Shown here: piece after piece, positions 12,301-26,499 of the stretch
How the letters are laid out: each line of letters begins with the position of its first letter
Position numbering within the stretch: position 1 is the first letter of the stretch
DNA from: Fimbriosthenelais zetlandica
Lineage: Eukaryota
NCBI GenBank assembly: GCA_977030845.1
Contig: OZ365113.1
Span: 15,128,001-15,192,000, forward strand
Direction: 5' to 3'
Length of the DNA: 64,000 bases
Program-made: the position numbers and the translations under genes
The notes under the pieces: generated by a model
Databases searched by the model: none
The model's input: the letters and a program-made list of their open reading frames with translations, nothing else
What the model was told of the DNA's origin: nothing

Positions 12301-12899
12301 TCTTGCCAGCACATGTTTCACTTTGGTTAAACTACCATAATGGGATCCTCAATCAGTTACTGACCAGTAAGGGGACCACGTGTGCATCACATGATACATT
12401 CTCAGCCTATCAGAAGCATGCCCATTAGTAGTGCAGACTGATGGGAGGAAGATGGCATCCTATGGGCCTCCTTCATTACTCCAGGCCACCATACCTCTTG
12501 ACGTTATGGGGTCGGGCCTACCTCTCAGTCACTTTTATGATATGCCTATATTCGTTCATTGACAATCCCCCCTTATTATTACTCTCAACAGCCACTAAAG
12601 CACATTAGATGGGCGGTGCAGCCTCTCATACATGACACCTCTTACTGTAGCATGTGTCCATGTACACCCTGCACCTTAAAACCCTAAAATAGTGGTCTCA
12701 ATCGTGCAGGAATTTCATTACATTCTTTATATTGATTCAAGGCATAAAAAGAAATACAAATAATAAAAAGAAATCCATGTCTTGAAAAATACGCTATTGA
12801 GCCATAAAGGTTCTTAGCATGCCTTTGGTCAATGAGAATTCATAGTAGACATTCTGTATTGAGAACAACACTTGATCCAAGCAGCTTATGGTTACGTTG

Positions 12900-15800
12900 G
12901 GAAGTCCTGATGTTCCTCTATATCCTCAACCACAATGGGCCCTGATCCTTTGGGAGTGAAATAGCAACTTGTATATAGAGTGATGGGAATTGTGGGGGTC
13001 AGAGATGGAGGTCTCCGTCTGCCCTATACACTTCATTCTACCAAAATCTATCAAGATCTCCCTTTTTGTCTCAGTTATTGATCAGTTCATTCATATAGTC
13101 ATTCAGTTATATGCTTGTTCTGAATCTTCTTTATTTGGGCATAAAAATAACATTTCCCTACAATATCTTAGTGCCTCCCTTGGTAACATTTTCGAAATTC
13201 CATCTCCAGCCTTTGCATGAACCTCATTGATCCAGAGCCGGATGGAATTCTGCCCTCACTGAAACGGTGGTAAATCCCAAGTGGTTTTAATTCTGACCGC
13301 CGGCCCACTATTTCTTATCAGGGATTACATCAGTCGGACAACAGGAGGGTGATGGATGGGGTCATCTCGTGGCAAGGTTCCACTTCACTTCATCTCCCCC
13401 ACGGGCGAGCTTGGTGAAATGTCAGTAAGATGAATCGAAAGCTGATTATTATTGGGTCTTACTGCACCAGCCCGATGGTCATAATACACCACATCTTACG
13501 AGTATATGGCCTGTATATAATGTTTTGTCCTGTAAAATGGCCATAATTACGTGTTGCAATGTGATCCTAGCATGTTGCTGAAAGAGAAAAATTTACTACT
13601 CTGATTTACTATATACTCAGTATCCTAAGTCCATGATCTCACACATATTTTGCCTATAATTATGCTGTTCAAATTATATGCTGATGAAATATATATGCTA
13701 CCACATTAGCAGCTCGTGGCCCATTAACTCTTATCAAAGTTGCTCAGAGGAAAACCTTATACCAGTGCCACCCTTTGGGGGCCATTAGCCCTTCCTATCA
13801 CCATTCAGGACTCATTTAATGATACTGTACATCTTTTATAAAAGCAATGAAAAATGCCGCACAATGTATCATTAAGGTGCTGAGGCAGCCTAATGTTCAA
13901 TTAACAGACGCCTTTGATGTATGTGGCACATAAAGGATGTCTATGCCAGGAAGCTTCATTTAAGCCAGTCTTCACGAATGGGTCGACATTCTGGAAGACT
14001 TCTTTCAGACTTAAAGCCGCACGGAACATCTTTATTATGGTTGGGGTACGGGGAGGGGGGTTGGGGGTTACAGATAAAAAAATGTCTATTCATTCAAGGC
14101 AAGATTCCTCTGGCAAAATGCCTCCAATGTTGTGTTGGTTGTAGTAATAGTGGCCTGTCAGTATTGACTTTGTTGTTCGGTAAACACAACTTCATAGTCC
14201 ATTTCCGTGCTGCTGGCCCAGCGCCCATGAAGATGCTGTTGGCCCAAGGGGATGATTTACTCCCCCTGACGTTCTGCTGACGAGACGCCCATCATATTTC
14301 AGTGATAAAACCCCTCCCTGCTGTGATTATGTCCACTTGTCCCTCATGTCAGTTCCATTCTACCCCGTCCATCACCTGAGAAGCATGTAATGTGATTTAT
14401 GTCACCCCGTGCTTTCACGTCTAATTGTCGTGCTTCACAGTCACACCAGCAACACTGACGCAATCATCCTCTCACTGACGACGTGATGGATGATGTGGTA
14501 AAGACCATCTGCCACCCATCGACGGCCCCTCATTGCCTTCATCAACTTGCCTCTTCCTCTTTTGTAAAATGTAGTCTTGTGATCATGATCATTGGATTGT
14601 GGAAGGTGACCGTGTGGGGGTATAGTGTCACCCAGTCATGTCGGTCAGACTGCCAGTCATGTCGGTCAGACTGGCGAGATGCCTGCCCACTATACAATAG
14701 ACTCACCCTCACCCACACCGTCGTCTTCTATCACTCTTAGTGAAGGCATTGAAGAACAGAAGGTACAAGTCCGTCACGTTTCACTAATGAACGACAAGCT
14801 ACTTTATTACACTCCACCACTTACATCCCTCTGCTTATGGAAGGCCCAGCCCGTGGCACCGCACGCTTTCTTCAAAAATCCATACTGCTCCCCCTTTTCT
14901 TGCCAACATCAAACACCACAGCTTGAAGGCTTGGAAGAGGCTGGGGTAAAATGAAGCAACGGAGAATAAAAAAGGCTGTTAGTTGCATGTAGACCTGATT
15001 TGTGGGAGGAATTGTGGTGGGAATGTGGGCTTTTACTCACCTGCAGGCTACACTTTGTGAACATACTTGTACATCCTGTCCTTCCCCAGGGACAATAGAC
15101 CCGCCGATTCACACTTACATACATCACATAACTTCACAGACCAAAGGTTTATCTATACCTTTACTTCTCTGTCTCTCTTGCGTTGTTCTACAACTGCATC
15201 AATACTCTTGGCAAATTTTGTGGATGAGTGTCATTATTTTGGACAACATGCCAACCCTGGGGCAACAATCGCGCTTTGTCATTATATGAGATCTCTCTCA
15301 GAGAATGAGATGAAACCCGCAAAGCATCAGCCTCTTCAGCAGTGCATGAAGTTTGTCTTTTGTGGGTAAGGAGATGCACATTAAAATAACATCACTGATT
15401 ATATTCAGCCCATAACCTGGCTCAAGGAGGCATAGTTTCTGTGGGAGATGAGAGGGAATTTCACATGTTCGTGATGATTGAAAGTAATGATTTTCACACA
15501 TCACTTTGTCATAACGTGCATATCGAGGACTGGTACCGACTCTGAACACAAAGGAACTGATAAATCTTCTTAGAGAAGTGCACGCTCAAGCTAACACAAC
15601 TTTTGCTCGGCTCATTTACAGTTGTTTTTGTTGGGTGGATTGGAGCAAGTCCTTAATTTCTCAATTTCATTTCACTTTCCTTCATTGATCTTTAGATGCG
15701 ATTATTGATGCATTCTAACTAAGCATTGGATAAGAAGGTGGAACGTGGCTTCAGGCAGTCTAGACTTCACGTCCTTTCTCAAATGTAATTGACTTTGTAG

Positions 15801-16600
15801 CAAAGCTTTGAACAAGTTTCCTCAGCCCATCTTGCCTGACAAATATGACACTTTCCTCCTACTACTCACAAGGCATTTCTTCTCTGATGTGTTCTCTACT
15901 GATCTCTCTGAGGGAGCTCATCAATCTAAGTTTACTGGTCCATTTATTCGAGACACCATAAATGGTGGGCGAGTTTAGCAAAGTTGCTGCGTGAAAGTCC
16001 AATCTTACAAAAATTCCCAAGAGGAAAATTACCAGTTCTAATCAGGAAATACCTGAATGCCTTTACAAAATATATAGCCATGGGTGAAATTCTCTTGGAG
16101 AAGTAGTGAATTGCAGGGAGGTGTGAATTGCAGTCCATTTGCGTTTGGTCTAACCATCTCACGTGAGGATGGTTACGTGACAGAATGCTGTAGAGAGTGC
16201 AATCAAATAGTGAAGCATTGATGGGCACCCTCTCGGGTTCTATTCTACCTTGTGAGGTCAAGGACCTCCCATATAAAAGCGCTATGTGAACATGGATGAT
16301 CTTCATGTGCCACTAGTCGTTGTATAAGCCAGTCCATTTGTCAGATCTACTCGAGTGTGAACCACACCATTAAAAGCGATGGCCTTTTCCAAGCTACCAG
16401 TGTCATGCCTTTGAAAATAAAGCTGCATCAATCCCATGCCTCTCGCATGAAAGGCGACCCTGAGACGTTCTCAATTGACAGAGGCTGTTTCGATAGGAAA
16501 GTCTCAAAGGTTCCTCGTTCTTAACATGCAAAGACATGGCATAATCCCATTTGTGGAAGCAGTGCTCAGGTTTTTGTGGAGGAGGGAGCTTTTTAGATCC
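12900..16600 (-). mobile_element. Heavily degraded Ty3/Gypsy pol (RT end, RNase H, integrase)
   Basis: Roughly collinear motif relics on the minus strand: LGKGHRF*W (~16390); NASLFDCTLYSILS, IHYFSKRISP and VKAFRYFLI (ORF 15944-16306, RNase H); ADAL (~15300); RVYCP..MYKYVHK..CSLQ (zinc-finger end, ~15050-15110); LQAVVFDVG..GEQYGFL..ATGWAF (~14840-14935); PQSN (~14590). The RT-RH-INT order is Gypsy-type. Boundaries are approximate and no LTRs were recognised. Confidence 0.55.
14633..14673. repeat. 21-bp tandem duplication (cagtcatgtcggtcagactg) inside the Gypsy remnant
   Basis: Directly visible. Confidence 0.9.
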
Positions 16601-17264
16601 CTGGGGTCCCCCCGTCTAGTTATTTTCTTCTTATGACACAGGATCTAGCTATCTATCAGATGGGGGCCTACTCAACCAGCATAGCAGATTCATAGGATCT
16701 GTTCTATTCTGGCTCTTTCCATCGTGCTATTGTACACCTTTCAAGCATCTCCTGGCAATGTCATTTGCACAAGCCTTAATAAATCTTAGGCATCGAGGCG
16801 ATGTTGGTACTAGCTTTGTATGTGTAAGGGTGAGGTATCAGGGATGGATAAAGATGAGTGACAAGGCATTCCATGATCTATATGATGGCTTTGTAATATT
16901 GTTTGTGTTGAAAACATATTCCACATGGATTTGTAAGGGTATATAACCTGAATGTGTAGGCCTAAGTCTTCACTTGTCCAACACAGTTCATACTAACCCG
17001 GATATTTTGAACCCGGATTCCAAACAACATGGCTTACAAAGATAAAAAATAAATAGGCAGCTCACTAGAAGCTGCCATTGTTCATTAATGTTGTCTGGAC
17101 GTAGCCTACGTAGTAAACATGTAGTGTTATACGTCCAAAATGGCGGTCCATCGCATTGTGATGCCAGTAGGGGACGTCCCCTGAAAAACCTATTGCATCA
17201 GAATGGCATACATGTGTTCATGATGTTTTCATAGTCTAATGACTTAAAAAGTCTGCCTGCCTCA

Positions 17265-17450
17265 TCAGGTAACTAATCTCATCCCCTGAGATCTGGGCAT
17301 GCTATCCCGGCCATCATGTCCAAGACCATGAATGGACGGGAGATGCACCATCAAAATGCCATGTTTGATCGACCAGCCTTCCACTACTGATCTATTTTCT
17401 CCCCTGAGATCGCCTTCCCCCATGGGAAAACTACAATTAAACACGTCCAT
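17265..17450 (-). mobile_element. Gypsy integrase zinc-finger remnant
   Basis: GWSIKHGILM..IHGLGHDGRDSM..QGMR resembles ..DGxLxR..HxxxGHxGxxKT..YWPGMR. Confidence 0.3.
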
Positions 17451-18199
17451 TGCTAATTAGGACACTTGAGTTCACCATATTTGGAGACATTGTCTGGGAA
17501 CCTTTCACATCAAAGGTACCGTTTGTCCTTTTCTCGCAAAGGCCAGGCTGTCCTCAGTGAAACAGATGCCCCACCACAGTGTCGAGGCAGATTCCATTAG
17601 TTCCTATCATTATCCTCCTTTCTCACTCCATATATGAAGTAATGGCATCTTGGGAAATCAAAATATTTGAAGTGAAATGATATATTGATTTCAAGGGCTT
17701 TGGCTCACCCAAAAGACCCATTTCTGCTTTAATTTTCAATGACTCATCATCATTTTTACTTACCTTTAAGGAGTCAAGTATTGCAATTTGTTACTCTAGA
17801 TTACATCCCTATGATGGCTCCTATATCAGAATTATCCCCGATATTGCAGCTCTTAGTTTTTGACTGAAGTTCCTTATACATGCTTACCTCATACTTCCTA
17901 TATAGTTCGTTCAAGTCAGTATGTTAGCTAGGGGATTATTTTATCCCCTTCAAAAGCAGGAGGTGCAGGAATAACATGAACAATTGCATTGGATAGGCAA
18001 AATAAAACTATGACACACTGTCAACGGAGATAAAAACACTCCATTAGCTAAACCTGGATATTGGTAGAAAGATAAAGAAAAGTCAGCTGAAGTGATTGAG
18101 GCTCCTACTAATCTTAGCCCCATGCAAATCTTTAGAACTTATCATGAGACAACAATGATAGCTTCCCACAAGGTGGATTATCACAGGGAATAGTGTGGC

Positions 18200-18500
18200 T
18201 GCTATCTACCAGTCATTTAATTTTCTGCTTGATATGATTGCCTTTGATCGATCCGTCTCAGGCACTATCACTAAAAAAACGCAGCCCTAGGCTGTGTTTA
18301 GGCATAGAGGGATTCACCGAAGCCAATCTTTAAGACAGCTTTCACGAATGATAATGAAATGGAAGTCACATACAAACATCAAAATGTTACATTCCTCATC
18401 CAGACTTTGAGATTATATATGGGTAAGAGAACTAGCCATCTAAAGGCTAGCATATACATGGAAATTGAAAGGTGCCTGGCTGTAATGCTTCCAGAAAAAG
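18200..18500 (+). mobile_element. Gypsy RNase H remnant
   Basis: TFLIQT...SIYMEIERCLAVM resembles FxLQTDAS...NYSTIERECLAVV. Confidence 0.35.
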
Positions 18501-21343
18501 GTGGCAAGTTGGTGTGGAATTGGAAATATTCCACCTCCAATTTGCATAAGAATAGAAATTTCCATTATTATAAAAGAGATTCACTTATCATGCATTCATA
18601 GGATGTTCAGATCTGATAACTTCATATTGTCCCCAAACAATCCAATTTACATAATTTTTCAATGCAGTGTTCTGGGTGGTATTGGTGCCTAGTGCTGTGT
18701 AAATGTAAAGAGACCACACATGTATCCCGGGTAGACTATTCCGTGATGCCGGGATTTACTGGCTTTAGGCTGTAAGCACGGATGGGATAAGTTAAACAAA
18801 CAGTGCTGAGGCTATAGAAGAAATTATGTCCAATCTCCACACACATTGCTTCTAGCTGGGAAAGTAATTTCCCTTGATAAATACATATTTATTGCCTGTA
18901 TTTTGAGTGATAACTTGCTTCACAGAAATGCTGCTGCTTTTTTCCCTTTGCACCAGTAGCCCCTTTAAGGGTGTGAACGATCCATAAAACATATTGGGAC
19001 TAGCATATGAATCAGCACGCATTTTAGGATTTGCTATAATTGCCAACCAATGATGTTAAGTGTTAAGTTACTGAGCCATGCAGTCTTCATCAGTTTGAGA
19101 TTTATATCCAGATTAGGTGGGAAAGGAAACATCCATCTTTCTTTGATAGCTTCAAAGACCCCAATTTATGAACACCTAAGTTTTTAATTGCATTGACAAT
19201 ATTCATTATTAAAATACTTGAATACTCACCTTAAAGTCAATGCACGACAGAATGATAAAAATATACAGAGGGGCAAGTTGACAAATTGTTTGAGGTATAT
19301 TTGAATGTTTTTAATCTTTAAGCAGAATCGTATATTATATATATAGTCGAGTCATAATTTCCCAGTGGGCCTGACCCACCTTAAATAGAGATTAAATTTT
19401 GTTTTCAAATGTAATGAGAAACAAGCTAAATCCTCTGGCATTTCAGTTTGAGATAAACTAGATGGGATCCAATGGACACTCCACAAATCCCGTTGAAGCC
19501 TCCCTAATTGACCACTCAGAACAATTTCAAAGCCATGCATCAAATGCTGTCGATGGGCTACCTAATTCAGAATTGAAGCAGAAAATCAGCCCCAATTACT
19601 GGTTATTTTCTCATCATTCAGGCAATATTGTTATAATCCTCGTGCTGGAAGGACTTGTCTCACTTAAATTTGGTACATTATCTTTTTAGCTGGGGAGGAT
19701 GGACTACAATGATGGATTGCATTCTTAGACATTTAGTAATTTGAAATGCAATTTACTAATAAACTCTTCTGACTGTTGGTATTGGTCCGGGCAGTACGTG
19801 TACGATGGGTTTGTCTCTCCCATTCCATTGCTAGTATATAAAAAAAATTTAGTGAGGGAGATTTGTGTGGTACACATGTGCTGGATCTAAGTGACACAAT
19901 GACCATAGGTGTTTAGCCCAGGCACTCAGCCATATGATAGGATAAATTCATCCAATTTCAGACCCAACAATTATGTATGCCATGGAGAACATGGTCTGTG
20001 CCATTGACCTCCTGATTCAGGCAGGGTTTAGAGGTCAGGACGGCAAGGTCGGTGGACAAGATTAGGTTTGTGAGTGAGCCATTCTGATATATCACCTTCT
20101 GGGGGTGGTGAAACGTGGAGGAAGGGAACACGGATTGACGTGTACATGCACTATGTCATAGACAATGTTGTATGCAGTTTGTCAGCTGCCAGGTACTAAA
20201 ATACGGGTGGGCTCTGATTCCCTTTTCTGGTCGATCTCGTATAAAAAAACCTTTGTAACATCTCTTAAATATATCCTATACATTTGATAAGTGTTGTTCT
20301 GAAATATTTTATGTATATGTCTGAACTTCACTTCTGTCAGATCTTTCGTTGCTTACAAAACAACAAAGGATCAATCTTATATCGATTTGGGCAAGCAATT
20401 TTGCCAGGTCAGGGCCAATATAATTCGCCATACTCTTGATAGTATCTTTTGCATATACATATACCATTGCCTATCCTTCACTCTGAATAAAAACTGCTAC
20501 ATTCTTGGCCAAACAAAACATAGAGTTTCAATTCTTGAAAGTTATTGCCACAACGGTCCTCAAATGGACTAGCCTCTCAAGGCCAAAGCCAAGAGCCATA
20601 ACTCAGTGTGACAGTAAAAAATAAATATCCGGGTTTTGTTCTATTATTCATAGTGGCAGGAATCCATTTATAAGATCCACTCACAACCAGTAAAGTCGTC
20701 TCCTAGATCCTTCTAGACCCTAGCAGTGTCTGAGTCAAGGCATCCTGCGTCCCTTCCCCACTGCCTGTGTGTCTATTTTAAATGGATCAATATTCAATTA
20801 ATGCAGTGTTGTCTCAAGGCAGTCAAGTGTAATGTGTCGATAATGATTGCTTGAGTGGGTCCATGCTGGCAGTTTGCTTCCTACCAGTAACTTTTTCTCT
20901 GTGACGGTGTGTGAGTAGCCTTTCATACGTTCTCTCAGTGTCCTTCAGCCTTTCTGCCTCCCTGGACTTGGAGCCAGTTTTTATCGCTGGACATTTCTGT
21001 CAGGCTTTGTGTGAAAAGACCAAATTCCCAGATGCACTGTTATATCATATATGCAGCTGCAATGCACACCCATTGATGCAATAAAATACTATCAAACTAT
21101 TGACCAATTCCTGTACAGAGATGTGGAGGACTGATAGCAAACTGCGTTTCTTAACAAAAATGTCACCACTAATCTCCAGCGCACATTATTTGATATTTTT
21201 AGTCGGAAAAACAGGTATTTTGGGACAGAAGTGGGTCTCTATTCCCAGAGCAATTAGAGTGCAAGCAGAAATAACTGAACCTACATGGCTCACCCATCTT
21301 CAGCACGAAGTGAACCCACTTGACAATCCAACTGCCATGTTGG

Positions 21344-21835
21344 TTAAAATAAATACCCTGTGATTGGTTTCCAGATAGCACAGACTAGAAGACTTTGTAT
21401 CCGTAAACGCTCAATGTGCTCATTATGATAGTCTATTGGTTCAATGTTTGTACTCTGAGACCCCCTGGTAGCATGTGAGCGTGGCCTGCATATAATACTA
21501 GCAATGACCAATGCTGTAAATGCTGTATCCATAACTTCTGAATCCTGTCGTGGAGTTAAGTATAGAAGACCTGTGAGTTGGAGCAATCAACTTGGATATA
21601 TATGCATTAACATGCATTTAGAAGAGTCTTTTTGGTGAGTGAATTTCATTAAGGACTTATTCCCTTGTAATTCGCTGCTGGCAAGGTATTGAGGGAAGCA
21701 ATTACTACAATCAGGTAGGACGCCTCTATTCAGGATGTAAACAATTAGCAACAGAGGCATGAGTAGAATGGATGCTCTAAATCCCTCAAGGTTTCCATGT
21801 GGCCTGAAAAGTTCTTGAACTATTTTATAAAACAA
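21344..21835 (-). mobile_element. Gypsy integrase core remnant
   Basis: ELFRPHG / FPQYLASSELQGNKSL / DTAFTALVIASIICRPRSHATRGS resemble IFxxHGxP / YHPQSNGxxERxNRTL / WDxxLxxxLFAYRxxxHxxTGxSP. Confidence 0.4.
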
Positions 21836-22849
21836 TCATCCCCACAGGAAAATAAATTGGACAAAGCAATGACACTTAATTGCAAATTAATTGCAACGTA
21901 TATAGTACATAGAAAGTATATTGTGGCAGCAAGCGGGAAGCTGCGCACCCTCTGTATAATGGAAGGTAGCCTGAGCGTGAGAAATGCTTGAAAAGGACAG
22001 ATGTTTTTTCCTGCTGCTCCTCTTCATGTCTTAAGGCCTGTAGCCTTTGATAATCTGAGGGACCTACATTGCTTGGCCATTAAAGGAAATAACAAACAGG
22101 CCTTTGTCATCCGCCGAACCTCTGAATGACCTTTCTATGTTGAATTCGGACCTTGGGGAGAGACCAATGACAAAAAAGCATTTAAAAGCCCGCTGTAGGG
22201 GAATAGTCGTGGTCGATGAAGGTTACGTCTCGGTGTTCCCACACTAAATGCTATAATAGGCCAAATGGCTACCTTCTACCAGAGACTGGCTGCAGTGTTT
22301 GATTGATAGAAAACTGCAATGATTGATCTGGTCAGATGATGACAAGGGGAAATTCCTAGACTAGTTGCAAATTGCCCGGTGTTCATTTAGCTCAAATCTC
22401 AGTGACTTCAAAGCCCGGCTTTGGACAAATCACTGAATGCCAGTAGAACTTTTCTAGCTTCCTGAACGTCCCGAGTTGAAATGTTTTGCGTAGGTTGGCT
22501 CTCTTGCTTTTTCAATTAAATCCAATTGAAATTCAATCAGGCACTCAATATTTTTGAGTGAAAACCAAAGCTTGGGCAAGCAGTGAAAGGCTGTTCATCT
22601 CTTCATCAGTTTGGTGGGGGTAATTGGGACAACTTTAGATGACAGTTTTTGCTCGTCTTATCTCTGTCCACCCTTGTTGATGAAGACCAGATTGCCAGGA
22701 CTGATTTTTAATCTTATTGTGAAAATTCATTTAATAGATGAAGTTATATTCTATGGAGAAAGGATAAGCAGCCAATCTCTGTTCACAAACCGCCTTGATC
22801 TATATTGTTCAGTCCTGTGGCATTGTTTCATTGTGTAGCAGATCTTATG

Positions 22850-24330
22850 TGCTCTAGTACTTCTCTGACTCCATTTCCTGCCTTGATTTCCAGTCAGAAA
22901 AGAACATTATCATTGACAACTCGGTATGTCACATCAAATATCATATGACAAGCCCATATTACGGAGAAAATCGAAGTCTTCCCTCGTATCGCGCCCTCGC
23001 TTCCCTAATGCACAATGTTCAGCGTTTAGGCTGTTTTAGCAGATGAAGGAACAGACTGCTCATTGTTTTCATATTCTCCTGCTTTACAATCTCTTTCTTC
23101 TTGTGTTGATAAAGGCACATACTTCACATTTGCAGTGAGTGAGCCAGAGAAATGTGATAGACGTTGATCGATGTAGAAACGTTCGGTGTCAATTTATGAG
23201 TATTCTGTCAAACCTCACTTCTTGATTTGGAAGGTTTTCTGAACATTTGTAAATGCTCACATGGAAGTGTTTATAAAACTTTAGGTTGAAATCTTAATGT
23301 TCTATTCTGCTATTATACTATTCTGCTATTATAGAATCGGGTAATCATCTCGCGTCATTTCTCGTGATCACATAGTAAATGTTTGTGATATAACCTGTTT
23401 AGATTTCTTTTGGACCATGAGGCCAGTCCAGATAAAATCTATCAGCTGAATAAATGGCAGAAGGTTGGTCCTCCTAGTGGAATTAAAGTCAGAAAACAGC
23501 AGGTTGTTCTCCTGGAAGAGACCTAGCTGTTAATTAAATTTCTTTGCTGAACCCTCTGAAAAAGGTAACCCTCTGGAAGTAACTGATTTTCAAGGTGACT
23601 AAAGCTGAGATTAACAATTTGCTATTTTTATTTTAGCACTTGGATTTTAGCACTTGGTGAAATTAGATGTAGTACTGACAGTGCATGATCGTTCAACATG
23701 TGATAAATCTAAAGCAAAGGCCTTTTCAAATTGGTGACATTATCCATTGAAAATATAGTGTATCCTGTGTAGAGGTTTGGCTTATAAATATAGGGCATAG
23801 TTGCCCTTATCCTGATCTCAGTATGAATATAGAAGGACCTCCAGCTAAGATTTCCTGTCACGTATCCTCCATGATCACTGACCACTGCTTGTCACTCATT
23901 CCCTGGGGCTGAGCAGCTCTGCCCCAGACTCCACCCCTTTCACAGCAGAAGCGACCAAGTGAGAAACTTGCCTTGATGTGAGCTGCTCAAGTGGAATAAC
24001 GAATAGTGGGCTTCGATTTTTTAAAGCTCTTTCTAGAGGGGATGGAGAAGGATGTGTGCATAGGATGGACCGGGTTAAAGTGAATGCATCTGTATACATG
24101 GGTTTGAACTGGCCTTCACAAAGGATACTCAGGGTGAGCTTTCTCGTTGACTAAACGGGGCACGCTGAGGGCAAAAGGTGAAATATTGGTTTGAAATGTG
24201 CAGGGCATTGTGCAAATTTCATTGGTGGTGAAAAAGAGACGATATATGGCATAGTTCCTCTGACAAGTGCCAAGTGCCAAGTTTTGGTGGACAAAGGTGA
24301 AGCATTTCAATGGAATTATTATTTTAAGCG
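22850..24330 (-). mobile_element. Decayed DIRS-like retrotransposon RT/RNase H remnant
   Basis: TFQTNISPFALSVPRLVNEK resembles DIRS FQFxxLPFGLSxAPRxFTK. MYTDAFTL lies at the YxDD position, and SDWKSRQEMESE resembles ADxLSR...EW. Confidence 0.4.
23302..23333. repeat. 16-bp tandem duplication (ctattctgctattata) x2
   Basis: Directly visible. A second 14-bp duplication (attttagcacttgg) x2 lies at 23630-23657. Confidence 0.9.
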
Positions 24331-25444
24331 TCTGAAGTATTAATAATCACATTTAATTTCAATGGTCTTTTGTTCATCTTTTCCGAACATTTAAAAATAA
24401 ACTAGATGAGGAAATATTGGTGCAATAGAAGTGATAAGATAAAATTTACTGAGAAAATGTTCTATGATCTTCTAGGATCCATTCATGGTGGAACTTAGAG
24501 GGCTTGACCAATTGACAATTGACTGGTGGGATAGATGTGAGAATCTTTGAGCACAGTAAGGAAACCACTGGGGCACAAGAAATTGGTTCAGAAGATACAC
24601 AAGTAAACCCTGGTTTCGAAGGCTGAGGCAATCAGATGTTAGAATGAGACACTTCTAGAGGTAAATGAATTGCTTCATAAGTGAGCTGCCTCAGTAAAAA
24701 AGATCTCTCTAACTGAATTACCGAACATGAGAGTATCTGATGTACTTTGTAATTCAAGTCACGGTCTCAGTCTTGTTAGAGTAGTTTCAGAAACTCGGAG
24801 GCCAGGCGAATCTAAACAAGGTTCCTTTGTTTGGGAACAATATCATGGTCCCACCATACCTTCCCACGATCTGAAAACCAGTTCCTGATTAAGTTTGCCG
24901 AGACAGGATTTCACTAATGACTTAAAATCAGTATTTTCCCCCGTGTATAGTGTTGGGGATTTGAAGGGAGCACATGATCAAGGGAAGGAAAGGCAATGAA
25001 GTAGTGCAGTCATAGAATGGCAACTCTATAAATGGAACTAAGATTGGCATTGTCTTCCAGTGTAATTAATGACATATTGGCTCCATTTAAATCCTCATTT
25101 TATCTTTACTCAAATTAACAAATTCTGAGGATAACGTAAAACTTGTCAACTATTTTTAGTAGTAGCTCCTGCCGCTACTATCGTCTGCTGATTTGCCAAT
25201 TCTCTTCCCGTCTAGATGTTAAACACTGAGGGATGTAATAAACAAAAAATCAGGCCACATATATATATAAAGCTGTATACCATTGCCCACTCAATAACGA
25301 CTTCCTAGGGACTCGTATATTGGATATTGTCTCTGGAGCCGGAACCGTTTCGTTTTTAACACTACAGACAATTCCATTCGTCTTCCCCGATACCTTTTAT
25401 AGGATGAACAGGAGGCGAAATGCCAGTATAGGGTGCCAGGCAAG

Positions 25445-25702
25445 TCAGGCGTTGACTAAAGGCCTCCGTCCAAACAGCAGACCCGTGTATCGCCCCAGTG
25501 GAAGAGATGACCCAGACATATCCCTCTGTATATGATACTCATTTTTTGCCTGTTCTGGGCCACGGTATTGGCTCATACAGCTCGCGACATCAGGGTAACA
25601 ACATCCTGGCATTTGTAATTGATGACACCTCGTCCACAAGTCATGGCACCTAGGATGGTAAATCCTTTGGGAATTTGGACAAATAGGATGACAACTTGCC
25701 AT
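25445..25702 (-). mobile_element. Gypsy integrase remnant
   Basis: Contains GLLFGRRP, resembling the ELLFGRxxRT motif. Confidence 0.3.
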
Positions 25703-26499
25703 AATAGCTTCTGAGGCACACGTACATGTCTGAGCAGACCATTTCTGTTGTATGGAGCTATTAGCTCATTGACTTATATATGGTTGTGAAATTCCAGATG
25801 ATTTCAGTCAATGTAGACTTAGGATGTTATTGATGTTTTGCAATGACTTCCTTGGGTATGAATACATTTAGAACATTGAGAAACTGTATGCAAGTCTGTA
25901 TTTAGTTAGAGCATCTCAACAATCTTAGCTGCTATCGAATGCAACAGTAAAAACCTTCAAAATGTCTGGAATACCTAGGTCCTCGATGTATATTGGCCAT
26001 TATATAGATTTCTGCTAATGTACCTCTGTGGGAACTTCAATCTGAAGATGGAGGTGGCATTAAGGTAGACCCCCTCCCTCTTTCCCCAATGAAGTAAATC
26101 TATAGCCTGTGGGAACTGGCCCAGATGTCTGCCTTAATATGCTATGCACCAAAGGGACTATTCATTCCCACTTCATACTTACTTAGCATCTCACCATTTG
26201 CAGGCAACATATTCATTTAATGTAAAGTAAAATGGGGTTAATGTAGCATAAACTTGTGGATAGTTTGATTTATTCTCTCTGTAATCATCATATGGACATT
26301 GAATATTATTTATATATATTCAATGAAGCGTGAAGCTTCATTTAAGCTTACAGACAACCTTACGGTTTACATGGTTGGTTTTTGTTTCGCATTCAGCACA
26401 GTGCATGAAACATGTTATGAGATGATTAAACAAGGAATTGTGGTTTCCTGATTGGAATGAAGGCCATACTTCATGCCCACCAACTCATCAAAACTTCAC

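Noticed and set aside
13940-14050. FRAALSLKEVFQNVDPF resembling Polinton/Maverick PolB
   Set aside because: The similarity is weak, and no other Polinton genes or polymerase motifs are present.
15188-15379. SHSLR as a tyrosine recombinase (Crypton) motif
   Set aside because: It is a single short motif lying within the collinear Gypsy pol relic, with no other YR motifs nearby.
16995-20635. 13-bp inverted repeat AACCCGGATATTT / AAATATCCGGGTT, 3.6 kb apart, as transposon TIRs
   Set aside because: It does not extend, there is no target-site duplication or transposase between the copies, and 13-mers recur by chance in 64 kb.
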